From NCBI GenBank assembly GCA_030867685.1, contig JAQOWU010000008.1, positions 682,001 through 746,000 on the forward strand: DNA of 64,000 nucleotides. The letters are read 5' to 3'. The stretch comes from Wickerhamiella versatilis. Lineage: Eukaryota. The position numbers and the translations under genes are program-made. The notes beneath the pieces were generated by a model, which searched no databases, had not been told where the DNA came from, and saw nothing but the letters and a program-made list of their open reading frames with translations. The number at the start of each line of letters is the position of its first letter. Position 1 is the stretch's first letter. Positions 12,101 to 22,185 of this stretch are shown in pieces.

Positions 12101-14219
12101 ACTGCAGTCAGTTATCTTAAAACCTCGACGCGTATTTACAGATGACGATAATGCTGAGCAGTCATTTGGAAATATGGATGCTGTCGCAGATGAAGATCAA
12201 GCGTTGGGTGTTTCCAGTGATATGGCTAACAATGAGCTTATGAGCTGGGAAGCCCGTTGCATTGCTATAGATCTTTTGTGCTCTTTCGTTAAGCGTGAAG
12301 TGGAAGCTACCCCCCCTAGACAGCTTCAGGGTAGTCTGGTAGCTCGTGCTGCTGGTGATTTGATCCGTACGGCATTTGCTGCTGCAACATCATCGGTTCC
12401 CTCCCTACAAAAAGGTGGGCTCTCTCTTCTGGATAACATTGTTTGTAACCTTGGAAATATACGCGATCCTGACTTTCCTACTGTCAGCTTATTAGAGCAG
12501 TATCAAGTTCAAATCAGTTCCGCCTTAACAACTGCTTTTGGGAAGGATGGTTCACCTGATGCAGCGATGGCAGCACTTGATACCTGTGGTGCATTTATTG
12601 CATCAGGGATTTATGGGACTTCGGATAAGCTCTCGCGGCTGTTGAAAGTTCTGGCAGAGTCTTTAAATTCTTTTAAACAGGAGTTTAGACTTGGTCATTT
12701 ACAGCTGAGCCCCAATGGCTGCTTAGTGCTTCGCACTGCTGTTCTACGAACGTGGGCAGTTATTGCAGTGGCTAGTTATTCCTCTGAGGAGCTATATTCC
12801 CTAGTTCCTCATGCAGAATTAGTTCCTCTGTGGGCAGAAGAGTTGCGCAAATATGCACATTTATGCTTTGAGCCGGAACCGGTTTCTGCTAATTCACTGT
12901 CTGAGAGTTTAGCACAGACAGAGGATGCACAATTACGGGAAGTTGTTATGCCGGTTTATCGCAAAAGCTGGTTAGATTTCGTGGGTGCTTTGACATGTGA
13001 AAACAGTGCTCAGAAAGAGAATGAAACAGTTCCCGAGTATATGCAGGACTACCTTGAATCAGAGGTGTTGTTCGGACTTTGCTTTGAGGCTTTAGTCAAT
13101 CCGCACATAGATGCGGCAGACAGAGATCGAATCTTGAGGGCTCTGGACCGGATTTTGCATGATAACCCAGATCTTTTAGATGATGAAGGTGTATTTGTTG
13201 ACTTTTCCGCGGCACTTGCTAGAGCCACGGCCGTGGGAAGTCTCACGAATCAAAGAAATGCTATCTCTATTGCTACGTCTTTGGCACACTGTAGTAAAGA
13301 GACCGATGAGAGCGTTGATCGTCTATTTGAACTTTTGCAAGTCGCTACAATGCCGCTGCGGAAAATCATACCAAAGTTGTTTGGCCTCGAAACAGCTGTT
13401 TCTGCGGATCCGTCTCTAACTGGAGCTACGCTTGATGCTCTTATAGAAATTGTGACAAAGTTTAGAGATGTGATTCAACGGGATCTGTGGCTTTGCCTGG
13501 TGAAGATATATGAATTTATGGGTACAGCACCAAAACCTCTCTTGATGCAAGGATCGGCAAGCTACAAACGATTCTTGGAAACATTATCAAGTGCAGCGGA
13601 GCTGAATGATACTTCTAGGGAACTAATTGTCGATATCTTGCGATACACACTAACGCATCTGTCTAGGGATGAAGAAGTTAGCCTTCTCACAGGCACTGCT
13701 GTTCTCTGTACAAATTATCAGCTGGTCTCTGATTATCCTACCCTAGCATATGACTTTGGGCGCAAGGTGGCTGATTGTCTCAAATCATCAGAATTGGGCG
13801 ATATAGCGCTTCAATGCGCTCACGCAATTTTTCTAGCAGCAGCCGGGCACCCCGCAGGAAACTCATTTGCCTACGCTTTCGTTCCGACTCTTATTGATAA
13901 TTTATCAAAGAACCCTTCAGTAGCCTGTGATATGCTGGCTCTATTTTCAGGTCGCCTCAAAGACCCTGAAGCGGTCTATACATCATTATGTGTTACTATA
14001 CCCACTCTTCTACGTCTCGCGCAGATGATTCCTGACTTAGAGGATAGAGTTCGCAGACGTCTAATGCAGCTTGCCATGAAACACACTAACGAATTTAAAG
14101 AGGTCCTGGGGTCCGCAATAGAGGTGGACAGAGCTGAAATTCAGCAATTGCTAGTCCAGACTTCAACCAGTGAGGAAACATTCGAGGGTGAAGAAATAGT
14201 CCTCACCTCCTTCACTTAA
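9183..14219 (+). CDS. LAA1: HEAT-repeat AP-1 accessory protein Laa1 (HEATR5 family)
   Basis: 1678-aa helical repeat protein with the HEATR5 motifs GWILLSGTMTLGPSVVRPHLP and DPDFPTVSLLEQYQVQISSAL. Confidence 0.88.
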   Translation: MAVSWSAARSLRPFNERSEDLAGELFRFLSDATSRAETTTLDRDELDELFKSFKGALRAISEVSAKPSRASRLALISLIESLSLQPDGRSEKLFLDMVTLLTRLIDAKPAYKYKTLMHFAVAGIGVLAEVGTPQGALNILIVLNSCLKATPADVDNLTGYRATLLVSVAKATRRAGLAALERDPALVKSLWKHSRSALEDPAAIVASAAFDVLSQIRLHRDDPVHLFLKASGRSLVIASAARFLEAQEVPLEKLVALYSTYPECFFPMSLLVGPTTPLKMLVDIAANEKFVGETEVRARSDARKLVNIVFEQLSNEQVVEASGSLIGLRSSCSFECLKDAVDRLGESSGLFALRIHTSILQVLSDEESSWPVCVAALRCLSSILAADPKLIVPTMEQGLKESEKNNGCTTQNAYLLALSLAATSHQPALGSISLTSRALALGGELVRNDVKQSRSGWILLSGTMTLGPSVVRPHLPHFLNLWARAAIHYPPALTSIASFMVHNQILLTPDVANKLGDILGEVWTSEKPYLLRLLQCYDLLSTVAKSDYYPASLVTKCVEIFLGATSQEIISDYYSEPDHILLEWPAKSSMQSSVEAAINIAARTLPHQALRVQESLLDQIRSRVDFVSRRNSNEPAFIMIARNVGRFLCRALADKKGVEIFAEPRISRVVEDLLNVLITHEDLTVQSLTSDAYKLLAEVHKKVGGKGDSALAISLLESITKDLDPIRRKGRSIALGAVLALRGANGIFARQAISIMTSLVFDPNPDVHNGVLMGFERALSSAAPTDPHLVDSILNAVYRTYQLESHGSEVGSATLSNAAFEESPEDIMAKILATAVASSGPELTGSPKTLSCIQRLLGQICRPGRWRTPLAVAQGWISAQELFYFAREAVAWPAMISQWVATVSTPRVDHNLLTAALDGILMLVRQQPRALAGLDIERRLWVLIDREPKLETPRKILVAWFERTSTDSRWLFRLQSVILKPRRVFTDDDNAEQSFGNMDAVADEDQALGVSSDMANNELMSWEARCIAIDLLCSFVKREVEATPPRQLQGSLVARAAGDLIRTAFAAATSSVPSLQKGGLSLLDNIVCNLGNIRDPDFPTVSLLEQYQVQISSALTTAFGKDGSPDAAMAALDTCGAFIASGIYGTSDKLSRLLKVLAESLNSFKQEFRLGHLQLSPNGCLVLRTAVLRTWAVIAVASYSSEELYSLVPHAELVPLWAEELRKYAHLCFEPEPVSANSLSESLAQTEDAQLREVVMPVYRKSWLDFVGALTCENSAQKENETVPEYMQDYLESEVLFGLCFEALVNPHIDAADRDRILRALDRILHDNPDLLDDEGVFVDFSAALARATAVGSLTNQRNAISIATSLAHCSKETDESVDRLFELLQVATMPLRKIIPKLFGLETAVSADPSLTGATLDALIEIVTKFRDVIQRDLWLCLVKIYEFMGTAPKPLLMQGSASYKRFLETLSSAAELNDTSRELIVDILRYTLTHLSRDEEVSLLTGTAVLCTNYQLVSDYPTLAYDFGRKVADCLKSSELGDIALQCAHAIFLAAAGHPAGNSFAYAFVPTLIDNLSKNPSVACDMLALFSGRLKDPEAVYTSLCVTIPTLLRLAQMIPDLEDRVRRRLMQLAMKHTNEFKEVLGSAIEVDRAEIQQLLVQTSTSEETFEGEEIVLTSFT

Positions 14220-14392
14220 GGTCCGATAAATAATAGACTCTCAAAAATAAGAGAAGAGTTAATTTTTTTTGCTCTCGTCCTATACTAAAAATTACCTAGG
14301 TATTCCACACTCATAGCTATCCGTGGTATACATATGCTTAGTGATCCACTTGGGTGTACAAAAGAATAATTTAGCTGGTTACTTATCTGCAA

Positions 14393-15316
14393 ATGTGGCC
14401 TTTTACCAGTCAAAAGCAAGTAGAGACACCTGAATCTCCCGTGGCTCAACATAATTCTCTTCCAAATAAGTATGAGAAAAATTCTACTCCAGATAAGGTT
14501 TCAGCTGTGGACCCTGCGGGCTATTTCCGACTATATGGGTATCCAATTCCAATTCATGATGTAGCAACTCGGCAGGAATTTGTGAGCTGCTATGACCGTG
14601 CTTTGCGTAACCCCACATGGGTAATAGAGCATTTGACATCACGGAGTCGTGATGCCGAAGGGGGTGACCGTTCCCGTTCGCATTTTAAGGAGGACACGTC
14701 GATACCAGATCAATTTAGAGCAAGACTTGCAAATTATTTTCGAAGCGGTTATGATAGAGGACATCAGGCGCCTGCAGCAGATGCTAGATTCAGTCAAAAA
14801 GCCATGGATGAAACCTTTTACCTCACCAATATGGCACCACAAGTTGGGGACGGGTTTAATCGCGACTACTGGGCACACTTTGAGAGATTTTGCCGTAATT
14901 TGACCCGGAAGTACAGCAGCGTTCGTATAGTTACAGGACCCCTTTATCTGCCCAAGAAAGATCCTGTTGATGGAAAGTGGCGTGTTTCGTACGAAGTCAT
15001 TGGAAACCCCCCAAATATCGCTGTTCCTACTCACTTCTACAAAATTATTGTTGGTGAAAACCCTATTTTACCTAGTCTTCCGCGAAAGGGCGTTGCAGTT
15101 GGGGCATTCGTTCTACCCAATGATCGTATTTCCAATGACACGCCGTTGAAATCTTTCGAGGTTCCATTAAACGCCATTGAAAGAGCTGCTGGTGTAGAAT
15201 TCCTGCCCAAACTACCATCGTCAGGACGTCGTGCACTTTGCAACGAAATTGATTGTAGTATTGAGATCAAAGAGTTTAATAACGCAGTGCGGAGCCTACC
15301 GCCTCCATCAAAATAA
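14393..15316 (+). CDS. NUC1: Endonuclease G-family nuclease Nuc1
   Basis: SGYDRGHQAPAAD active site, TFYLTNMAPQVGDGFNRDYWAH and VPTHFYK. Confidence 0.96.
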   Translation: MWPFTSQKQVETPESPVAQHNSLPNKYEKNSTPDKVSAVDPAGYFRLYGYPIPIHDVATRQEFVSCYDRALRNPTWVIEHLTSRSRDAEGGDRSRSHFKEDTSIPDQFRARLANYFRSGYDRGHQAPAADARFSQKAMDETFYLTNMAPQVGDGFNRDYWAHFERFCRNLTRKYSSVRIVTGPLYLPKKDPVDGKWRVSYEVIGNPPNIAVPTHFYKIIVGENPILPSLPRKGVAVGAFVLPNDRISNDTPLKSFEVPLNAIERAAGVEFLPKLPSSGRRALCNEIDCSIEIKEFNNAVRSLPPPSK

Positions 15317-15351
15317 AAAATTAATGGCAAAAATGTATACATATGTAGATT

Positions 15352-16404
15352 TCAGTCGTCATCGTTAGCCTCGGCTTCGCGGGGATCATCAATTCCTTCT
15401 TCATAGATTCCAAAAATCGCTTCACCTTCCGGCAAAAGGGGAGAATCATATATCTTGCATATTCGCTGCTCCCCGCGACCTTTACGAAGAAATAGACGCG
15501 TGGTGGTTGAGTGAGCCATGATATTACCACCTGTTGGTTTTTTCGGATCCATAGCCATGCTGAAACCGTCAACTTGTGCCACAACTTGGTTGGTCAGAAC
15601 AACTGCAACTCCGAATTCGTCTGCGAGACCTTGAATTTTGCGCAAAAAACTGGCTAAGTGGCCTTGACGAGCACTCAGCTCACCCCGACCATTATAATCA
15701 GTACGGTACAGAGCGACGGCAGAGTCTACAATAACTAAAGATACTCGCGTCTGAGCCATCATTTGCGCAGCAGCATCTAGAAGCTTGATCTGATGGTCAG
15801 AATTAAAAGCACGCGCGTACGCAATATTACGCATAGCATCGTCTGGGCTCATACCGTATCGAGAAGCGATTGACTTAATACGCTCAGCACGAAAAGTATT
15901 CTCCGTATCTATGAAGAGACATTTGCCCTCAGCACCGCCTTGATCTACTGGAAGCTGGCAGGTGACAGCAAGTGTATGGCATATTTGTGACTTTCCAGTC
16001 CTGAACTCTCCAATAATTTCTGTGATTGACCCCGTTTCAATTCCACCCCCAAGAAGAGTATCCAATGCACGGGACCCAGTTGAAATGGTTATCAGGCTTT
16101 CGCGTCGATCGCAGACAGCTTTAGCCGTTGTGAACCCCATGGGAACAATATTATAGGCTTCCTCTGACAGTTTCTGTGCTTTGGGTTCAGAGATTCCTTT
16201 GACAGATATAAGCGAGCGATGAGTTGCATGGGCAACTGACTCAACAGTATGAAAGCCTGCGGCTCTGAGCTTTTTCAAGTCATTGGCAGTTATGCCATTT
16301 CCCTCAAGTTCCTCCAAGGGTGTGAAAGACGGTTGGTTAAGTTCGTCATCTTCATCGACATTTTCGTTTACAGCTTCGTAGCTTTCGTCCTCAGGATTTG
16401 GCAT
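15352..16404 (-). CDS. RAD51: Recombinase Rad51
   Basis: Walker [10 protein letters not shown], polymerisation motif PMGFTTA, and Rad51-type loops [15 protein letters not shown] and NQVVAQVDG. Confidence 0.95.
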   Translation of the reverse strand: MPNPEDESYEAVNENVDEDDELNQPSFTPLEELEGNGITANDLKKLRAAGFHTVESVAHATHRSLISVKGISEPKAQKLSEEAYNIVPMGFTTAKAVCDRRESLITISTGSRALDTLLGGGIETGSITEIIGEFRTGKSQICHTLAVTCQLPVDQGGAEGKCLFIDTENTFRAERIKSIASRYGMSPDDAMRNIAYARAFNSDHQIKLLDAAAQMMAQTRVSLVIVDSAVALYRTDYNGRGELSARQGHLASFLRKIQGLADEFGVAVVLTNQVVAQVDGFSMAMDPKKPTGGNIMAHSTTTRLFLRKGRGEQRICKIYDSPLLPEGEAIFGIYEEGIDDPREAEANDDD

Positions 16405-16478
16405 AGCAAAACAATTTCGTGCTTTTGTCTTTTGTTTTGTTTACAGCGCCACACACAACCAGTCCAGATTGCAAGAAA

Positions 16479-16770
16479 CTTACGTAACAAACGCGTTCAA
16501 AGTCCAAACAAAGCCCTAGACTAGCTTGGCCTAATGACCAGGATATGGAGGTTCAAAGATAAATAAAATATGATTTTTACGATCATATATATTTGAGTTC
16601 TCCTGAGTCTTCCGATAGACCGACTTTGAGAGGAACCAGAAATGTACGGACTACAGAGGCAAACACTTACTTTTAGCTTCAAATATTCATGTTAATCCAT
16701 TTTAGATGATATCAAAGAATCAGCTTCTTTGTCCTGTCAGGGTAACACCATGACGCGTCTCAGCACGCGT
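16479..16770. promoter_or_regulatory. RAD51/MCM5 divergent promoter with three MCB elements (ACGCGT) and a TTACGTAA palindrome
   Basis: ACGCGT at 16491, 16753 and 16765; TTACGTAA at 16480-16487. Confidence 0.7.
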
Positions 16771-16847
16771 TCATGACTAACTACTCAATTTATCTAATTG
16801 GGAAATCCACCCTTTCCTCAAGACTTGGAAGAACCACCTAAGTTCCT

Positions 16848-19019
16848 ATGTCCGTTGAACAAGGACGAGTTTATACCACCACAGTTCTTCCCGCTCTCCC
16901 GCAGGATCGCTCTGAGCCGGCAGATCTCCAGGAAAGATTTGAGCGGTTTCTCCTTGAGTACTTCACGCACGATGTCTTTTTGTATCGTGAGCGGCTGATG
17001 CGGAACGTCGTAACAGACGATTTCACGCTTACAGTCGCAGTGGAGCATGTAATTCTTTTTGACCCATACCTTGCTGATGATCTTAAGAGAAGGCCAGCTG
17101 AAACTGTTCCGCTGTTTGAGAAGGCGGCTACAAAGGTAGCTCAGCAAGTTGCCCGAGACAAGAGCAACGAGCTTGGTGACCTTTTCCCCATCATTCAGAT
17201 TATTTTGACAATGAAAACTAATCCTATATCTATTCGCCGACTCGGGGCCAAACATATCTCTAGGCTGGTCAAGATGCCAGCTATTGTAGTGAATGCATCT
17301 TCTCTCTCATCCAAGGCTGTTACAGTGCAGTTGATGTGTCGTAACTGTCGCCACACGATGCGTATGGATGTCCCTGGTGGTCTTTCGGCCTTGCAATTGC
17401 CCAAAAAATGTCAAGCAGCGCCTGTCTCGGGCAAGAATGTGAATGACGATTGCCCACCCAATCCTTATGTGATAGTCCACGATAAGTCTGTGTTTATTGA
17501 CCAGCAGGTCCTTAAGCTCCAGGAATCACCCGAAATGATTCCAGTGGGTGAACTACCGCGTAATATTTTGGCCACAGTTGATCGTTCACTTACCAACCTG
17601 GCGGTACCGGGCTCTCGTTGTATGTGTGTCGGAATTTATTCTATTTATCAGAGTAAAGGAAGAACACCCGGTGCAGTGGCAATTAGGAGCCCTTACATGC
17701 GTATTATTGGTTTTGAGATTACTTCGGGTCAACAAGCGCGCGAGAATGTTTGGTTTGACGCAGAAGAAATCCAAGAGTTCAGGAGAATGTCGCAAATGCC
17801 TAATTTTTTCGAGCGCTTTGCAAAGAGCATAGCACCGACAATTATTGGGCACGAAGAGGTGAAGAAGGCGGTGGCTTGTCTATTGATGGGTGGGTCGCGC
17901 CGCATACTCCCTGATAACATGAGATTAAGAGGTGATATAAATGTTCTTTTGCTGGGTGACCCAGGAACTGCAAAGTCACAGATTTTGAAATGGGTTGAGA
18001 AGGCTGCGCCAATCTCGGTTTATACCAGTGGTAAAGGATCCTCGGCGGCTGGGTTGACAGCATCGGTGCAGCGCGACGTCGGTAGTCAAGACTTCTATCT
18101 AGAAGGTGGTGCTATGGTTCTTGCGGATGGCGGTGTCGTATGCATTGATGAATTTGATAAAATGCGAGAGGATGATCGTGTGGCCATACACGAGGCTATG
18201 GAACAGCAAACAATATCTATTGCTAAAGCAGGCATTACAACAGTACTCAATTCAAGGACAAGCGTTTTGGCCGCAGCAAATCCCCTATTTGGGAGCTACG
18301 ACAACTCGAAGACACCTGGGGAAAACATTGATTTCCAAACTACGATTTTGTCGCGATTTGATATGATATTTATCATTAAAGACGAGCACAATGCCGAGTG
18401 GGATGATCGTGTTGCTCGTCATGTTATGGACACGCACATACAGGGTTCACGCCAGTCCATATGGGCAACTGAGGCAGAGGGTGAGATACCCATGGCAAAG
18501 ATGCGTCGCTATATTCAATACTGCCGGGCTAGGTATGCTCCACGACTTGATTATAATAGTGCCCAGCGTCTTGCGGCATTCTTCATAGATATCAGGGACC
18601 GCGTTCATGAGCGAGAGGTTAATACTAATGAGCGGTCCACTGTGCCGATCACTGTTCGTCAGCTAGAGGCAATAATTCGAATTGCAGAATCAATTGCAAA
18701 GCTACACCTGTCTACACAGGTCACCCAGCAGCATGTGGATGAGGCTATACGATTATTCCAGGCGTCTACTATGACGGCAATAAACCAGGAAAGCAATAGC
18801 CGAGAGGTTTCACAGGAAGTCACTAAAGTTGAAGAAGAGCTGAGAAGTCGGCTTCCAGTTGGCTGGCGCGTATCTTACAAGGCGCTTGTCAATCAATTTG
18901 TTGATGTCAAGAACTATAATAAGTTTTCTCTGGATGTTGCACTGCGAGCAATGGAGCGTCGTGGTTCAATAGAATTCAGGCATCAAGGCCAGAGTATTTT
19001 CCGAATTTCCAATGAATAA
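16848..19019 (+). CDS. MCM5: MCM helicase subunit Mcm5
   Basis: Zinc finger CRNC...C...C, Walker A GDPGTAKSQ, IDEFDKM, arginine finger TTILSRFD and ITVRQLEAIIR. Confidence 0.97.
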   Translation: MSVEQGRVYTTTVLPALPQDRSEPADLQERFERFLLEYFTHDVFLYRERLMRNVVTDDFTLTVAVEHVILFDPYLADDLKRRPAETVPLFEKAATKVAQQVARDKSNELGDLFPIIQIILTMKTNPISIRRLGAKHISRLVKMPAIVVNASSLSSKAVTVQLMCRNCRHTMRMDVPGGLSALQLPKKCQAAPVSGKNVNDDCPPNPYVIVHDKSVFIDQQVLKLQESPEMIPVGELPRNILATVDRSLTNLAVPGSRCMCVGIYSIYQSKGRTPGAVAIRSPYMRIIGFEITSGQQARENVWFDAEEIQEFRRMSQMPNFFERFAKSIAPTIIGHEEVKKAVACLLMGGSRRILPDNMRLRGDINVLLLGDPGTAKSQILKWVEKAAPISVYTSGKGSSAAGLTASVQRDVGSQDFYLEGGAMVLADGGVVCIDEFDKMREDDRVAIHEAMEQQTISIAKAGITTVLNSRTSVLAAANPLFGSYDNSKTPGENIDFQTTILSRFDMIFIIKDEHNAEWDDRVARHVMDTHIQGSRQSIWATEAEGEIPMAKMRRYIQYCRARYAPRLDYNSAQRLAAFFIDIRDRVHEREVNTNERSTVPITVRQLEAIIRIAESIAKLHLSTQVTQQHVDEAIRLFQASTMTAINQESNSREVSQEVTKVEEELRSRLPVGWRVSYKALVNQFVDVKNYNKFSLDVALRAMERRGSIEFRHQGQSIFRISNE

Positions 19020-19122
19020 CTTTAATCCTTAAAATGTATCTTATCTATGTCATTAAATTCTGTATTCGCAAGTTCAGTATTCCCGATTAATAATATAAAC
19101 TTGTCCTGTCCCGGTGGTTAAG

Positions 19123-20391
19123 ATGTCTACTGGGGGAGCAGGGTGGCCTGCGGAGCGGAATGCGAGACGCAAGCCTACAGATCACAAGTTAGCATCACAG
19201 GTTTTTGAAAGAATTCCGGAGGCCTCTTTGTTCACAGAATTGCAAGACGTAGAGGGGAGGCTTGACGCGCTCATTAATCGTAAGAGATTCGACCTTCAAG
19301 ATGTTATTGGGAGAAGCATGCGTAAAAACAAAACCCTTCGTCTATTTGTGTCGAGTTCTGTCTATCACCAGCCATGGCAAGAAGCCCAGAGTGATTTTAT
19401 GGATGATGCAGGCCTTGGCGCTACAGAGCTAGGCGATTCGACTCCTACATGGAATCTACGTATGGAAGGACGTCTTACTGACGAGGACCCCTCGTCTCGG
19501 AGAATGTTTAGCTCTATGGTCACGTCAATCATTGTTGAGCTATCTCAAGATGGGCCGAGTAATACTACAACTGACCCTTTGCTTGAATCGAATGGCCCGC
19601 TCCCTGGTCAGCCAGGTGGCCCCCCTGAGGTAGTTGAATGGCATGAACTTGGCTCACAGCCTTCCGACAGTGATGAGAAGATAGAATTTGATGGGCTTGA
19701 CATTCGACGGAGAGGTGATCAGCCTGTGAAAGCTAAGATTATGTTACAACTAAAGGAGTATCCAGACAAATTCAAGCTGGTACCTCCTCTCTCAAATATT
19801 CTCGGCGTGTCAGAGGAGTCTAATCCCGGTGTAGTCGTCTCGCTATGGCAATATATCCGGTTCCACAAACTTCAAGATGCAGATGACAAGCGCCTAATTA
19901 AATGTGACCAAGCACTAAGAGACTTATTCCAGCGGGATACAGTCACATTCCCGCAGCTTGTTGAGCTACTAGGCCCAAAATTACTTCCTCGTGATCCTAT
20001 CGTGATTAACTACACCATTGAGGTGGATCGTGATATAAGAAATCGTGATGTTGTGTTTGATGTTCCGATACAGGTTGATGATGCAAGGCGTCATAGCTTA
20101 TTGAGAATGCTAAGCTCCTGGCATGCGGACGCAGGTACGCTCCGTCACCTGGATGATGCTATAGTTCAAGACGTCCAGGCCCTCAATCTTTTAGCTGATC
20201 AGCAAAACTTTTACAAAGAGCTCTCTAATGATCCTTGTAACTTTCTTGAACGATGGGTCGCGTCTCAAGCTCGAGATCTTAAAGTTATCTATAGTGATCG
20301 TGCCTTCAATGAAGAATCAGTACGACACTCTTCTTTCTATAATGATGAAATTCTCCGTGAGAGTCTGCACCTCTTTTTAGAAAATAAATAA
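19123..20391 (+). CDS. SWIB-domain SWI/SNF-RSC subunit (Rsc6/Snf12, BAF60 family)
   Basis: First ATG at 19123. KTLRLFVS, WNLRMEGRL, FDGLDIRRRG and SWIB domain LWQYIRFHKLQD...IKCD. Confidence 0.9.
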   Translation: MSTGGAGWPAERNARRKPTDHKLASQVFERIPEASLFTELQDVEGRLDALINRKRFDLQDVIGRSMRKNKTLRLFVSSSVYHQPWQEAQSDFMDDAGLGATELGDSTPTWNLRMEGRLTDEDPSSRRMFSSMVTSIIVELSQDGPSNTTTDPLLESNGPLPGQPGGPPEVVEWHELGSQPSDSDEKIEFDGLDIRRRGDQPVKAKIMLQLKEYPDKFKLVPPLSNILGVSEESNPGVVVSLWQYIRFHKLQDADDKRLIKCDQALRDLFQRDTVTFPQLVELLGPKLLPRDPIVINYTIEVDRDIRNRDVVFDVPIQVDDARRHSLLRMLSSWHADAGTLRHLDDAIVQDVQALNLLADQQNFYKELSNDPCNFLERWVASQARDLKVIYSDRAFNEESVRHSSFYNDEILRESLHLFLENK

Positions 20392-20457
20392 GTAGTTAAT
20401 GCTTTTTTTTGTATGTACCTCAATACCTCTAGGAAACGGCTTAAGGGCTATATATGG

Positions 20458-20479
20458 TGACTCTATTGTCGCTGACTCA
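20458..20479 (+). promoter_or_regulatory. Two Gcn4-type sites upstream of THR4
   Basis: TGACTC at 20458-20463 and TGACTCA at 20473-20479, within 40 nt of an amino-acid biosynthetic gene's ATG. Confidence 0.6.
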
Positions 20480-20496
20480 ATCGTGCATAAACACAC

Positions 20497-22005
20497 ATGC
20501 CATTTGAATATTTCTCTACGAGGTCATCCAGGGAACCTGTGTCATTTGAACGGGCTGTCATCGAAGGCTTAGCCCCTGATGGAGGTTTGTATTTGCCTCA
20601 GAGTGCCAGTAAGGCCCCTGCGGATTTCTACCAAAAATGGAAGGACTTAAGTTTCGCAGACCTTGCAGTTGAAATTTTCAAGCTCTACGTTGATCCAAAG
20701 GAGATACCACATGAAGATTTGAAAGAACTTGCACATCGCTCATATTCAACGTTTAGGTCGAAGGATGTTACGCCACTTCACGCAATGAATCGTGGGCAAC
20801 AGATTTACACTCTTGAGCTTTTTCATGGCCCAACTTATGCATTCAAGGATGTTGCCCTTCAACTCGTAGGAAATCTTTTTGAGTACTTCTTGGCCCGTAA
20901 GAATAAGGGAAAGGCGGCAGACTCTCCTGACCGTGACATTATTACTGTGGTTGGGGCTACATCAGGTGATACGGGCTCTGCAGCAATTTACGGCTTGAGA
21001 AACAAAAAGGACGTTTCAGTTTTCATCCTTTATCCTACAGGTCGAGTTAGCCCTACTCAGGAGCAACAGATGACCACAGTGCTTGATGAAAATGTCCATA
21101 CTATATCGGTGCCAGGAACGTTTGATGAATGCCAGGATCTTGTCAAGCAGATGTTTGGAGACAGAGAGTTCAATGCGAAATACCATCTTGGTGCCGTCAA
21201 CTCAATAAACTGGGCTCGTATCTTGTCACAGATAACGTATTATTTCAAGGCATACTTTGAACTTTGTCGCGAATTCCCCGAACCACCTGCTCGGCCGAAG
21301 TTCGTTGTTCCCAGTGGAAACTTTGGCGATATGCTGGCAGGTTATTATGCGAAAGAAATGGGACTGCCTATTGATCTCTGCGTAGCAACGAATAGCAACG
21401 ATATTCTTTACCGCTTCCTAAATTCAGGGTCATACAGTAAGGAGGGAACTGTTCATGCAACATTATCGCCTGCCATGGATATTTTAGTATCTAGCAACTT
21501 TGAGCGCTTCCTTTGGTCTTCGGCTCGACAGACTGTCGCAGATTCGAACGAAGCGGCCGGCGACTTGTTGTCGAAGTGGATGAGTGACTTGAAGTCAAAA
21601 GGAACTTTCGAAGTGCCTGCAGCTGTGTTTGAGAATGCTAAAGAATGCTTCACGTCTCAGCGTGCCTCCGATGATGAGACGATCGCTGCGATCCAGAAGG
21701 TGTACACGGAACTTAATCCAGGCTACGTTATTGACCCACATACAGCAGTAGGAGTTCACGGGGCATTCCTGGAGAAAGCAGCTGACCGCGGCCAGCAAAA
21801 GCCTTATGTCGTGCTGTCCACAGCGCATCCTGCAAAATTTGACGAGGCCGTGAACAAGGCTCTGAGCTCCGTCAAGGGTTTCAATTTTGAAAATGAAGTT
21901 CTTCCTGAAGAATTTAAGGAGATGCTGGCGGCTAAGAACAAGAAAATCTTCGCCAAAACAGCGTCGAAACCAGAGATCCAGGAGATTATAGTGTCAAACC
22001 TATAA
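20497..22005 (+). CDS. THR4: Threonine synthase
   Basis: GLAPDGGLY, PLP-lysine motif LELFHGPTYAFKDVALQ, GATSGDTGSAA, NSINWARI and STAHPAKF. Confidence 0.98.
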   Translation: MPFEYFSTRSSREPVSFERAVIEGLAPDGGLYLPQSASKAPADFYQKWKDLSFADLAVEIFKLYVDPKEIPHEDLKELAHRSYSTFRSKDVTPLHAMNRGQQIYTLELFHGPTYAFKDVALQLVGNLFEYFLARKNKGKAADSPDRDIITVVGATSGDTGSAAIYGLRNKKDVSVFILYPTGRVSPTQEQQMTTVLDENVHTISVPGTFDECQDLVKQMFGDREFNAKYHLGAVNSINWARILSQITYYFKAYFELCREFPEPPARPKFVVPSGNFGDMLAGYYAKEMGLPIDLCVATNSNDILYRFLNSGSYSKEGTVHATLSPAMDILVSSNFERFLWSSARQTVADSNEAAGDLLSKWMSDLKSKGTFEVPAAVFENAKECFTSQRASDDETIAAIQKVYTELNPGYVIDPHTAVGVHGAFLEKAADRGQQKPYVVLSTAHPAKFDEAVNKALSSVKGFNFENEVLPEEFKEMLAAKNKKIFAKTASKPEIQEIIVSNL

Positions 22006-22185
22006 CAATGTTGATAACGCAAAGACCCTATACTCTTACCGTCGTCGATTGAATGTAGCTATTGTTTCTTTGGCTGAAACGCATTAGAGGGGGTCAAATA
22101 ATTCTCGAACTATCGATAGTAAATAAAAAGTAAGAATTTTTTTATGACAACAACACTGATAATATACATGCCAATATTTACTCTA

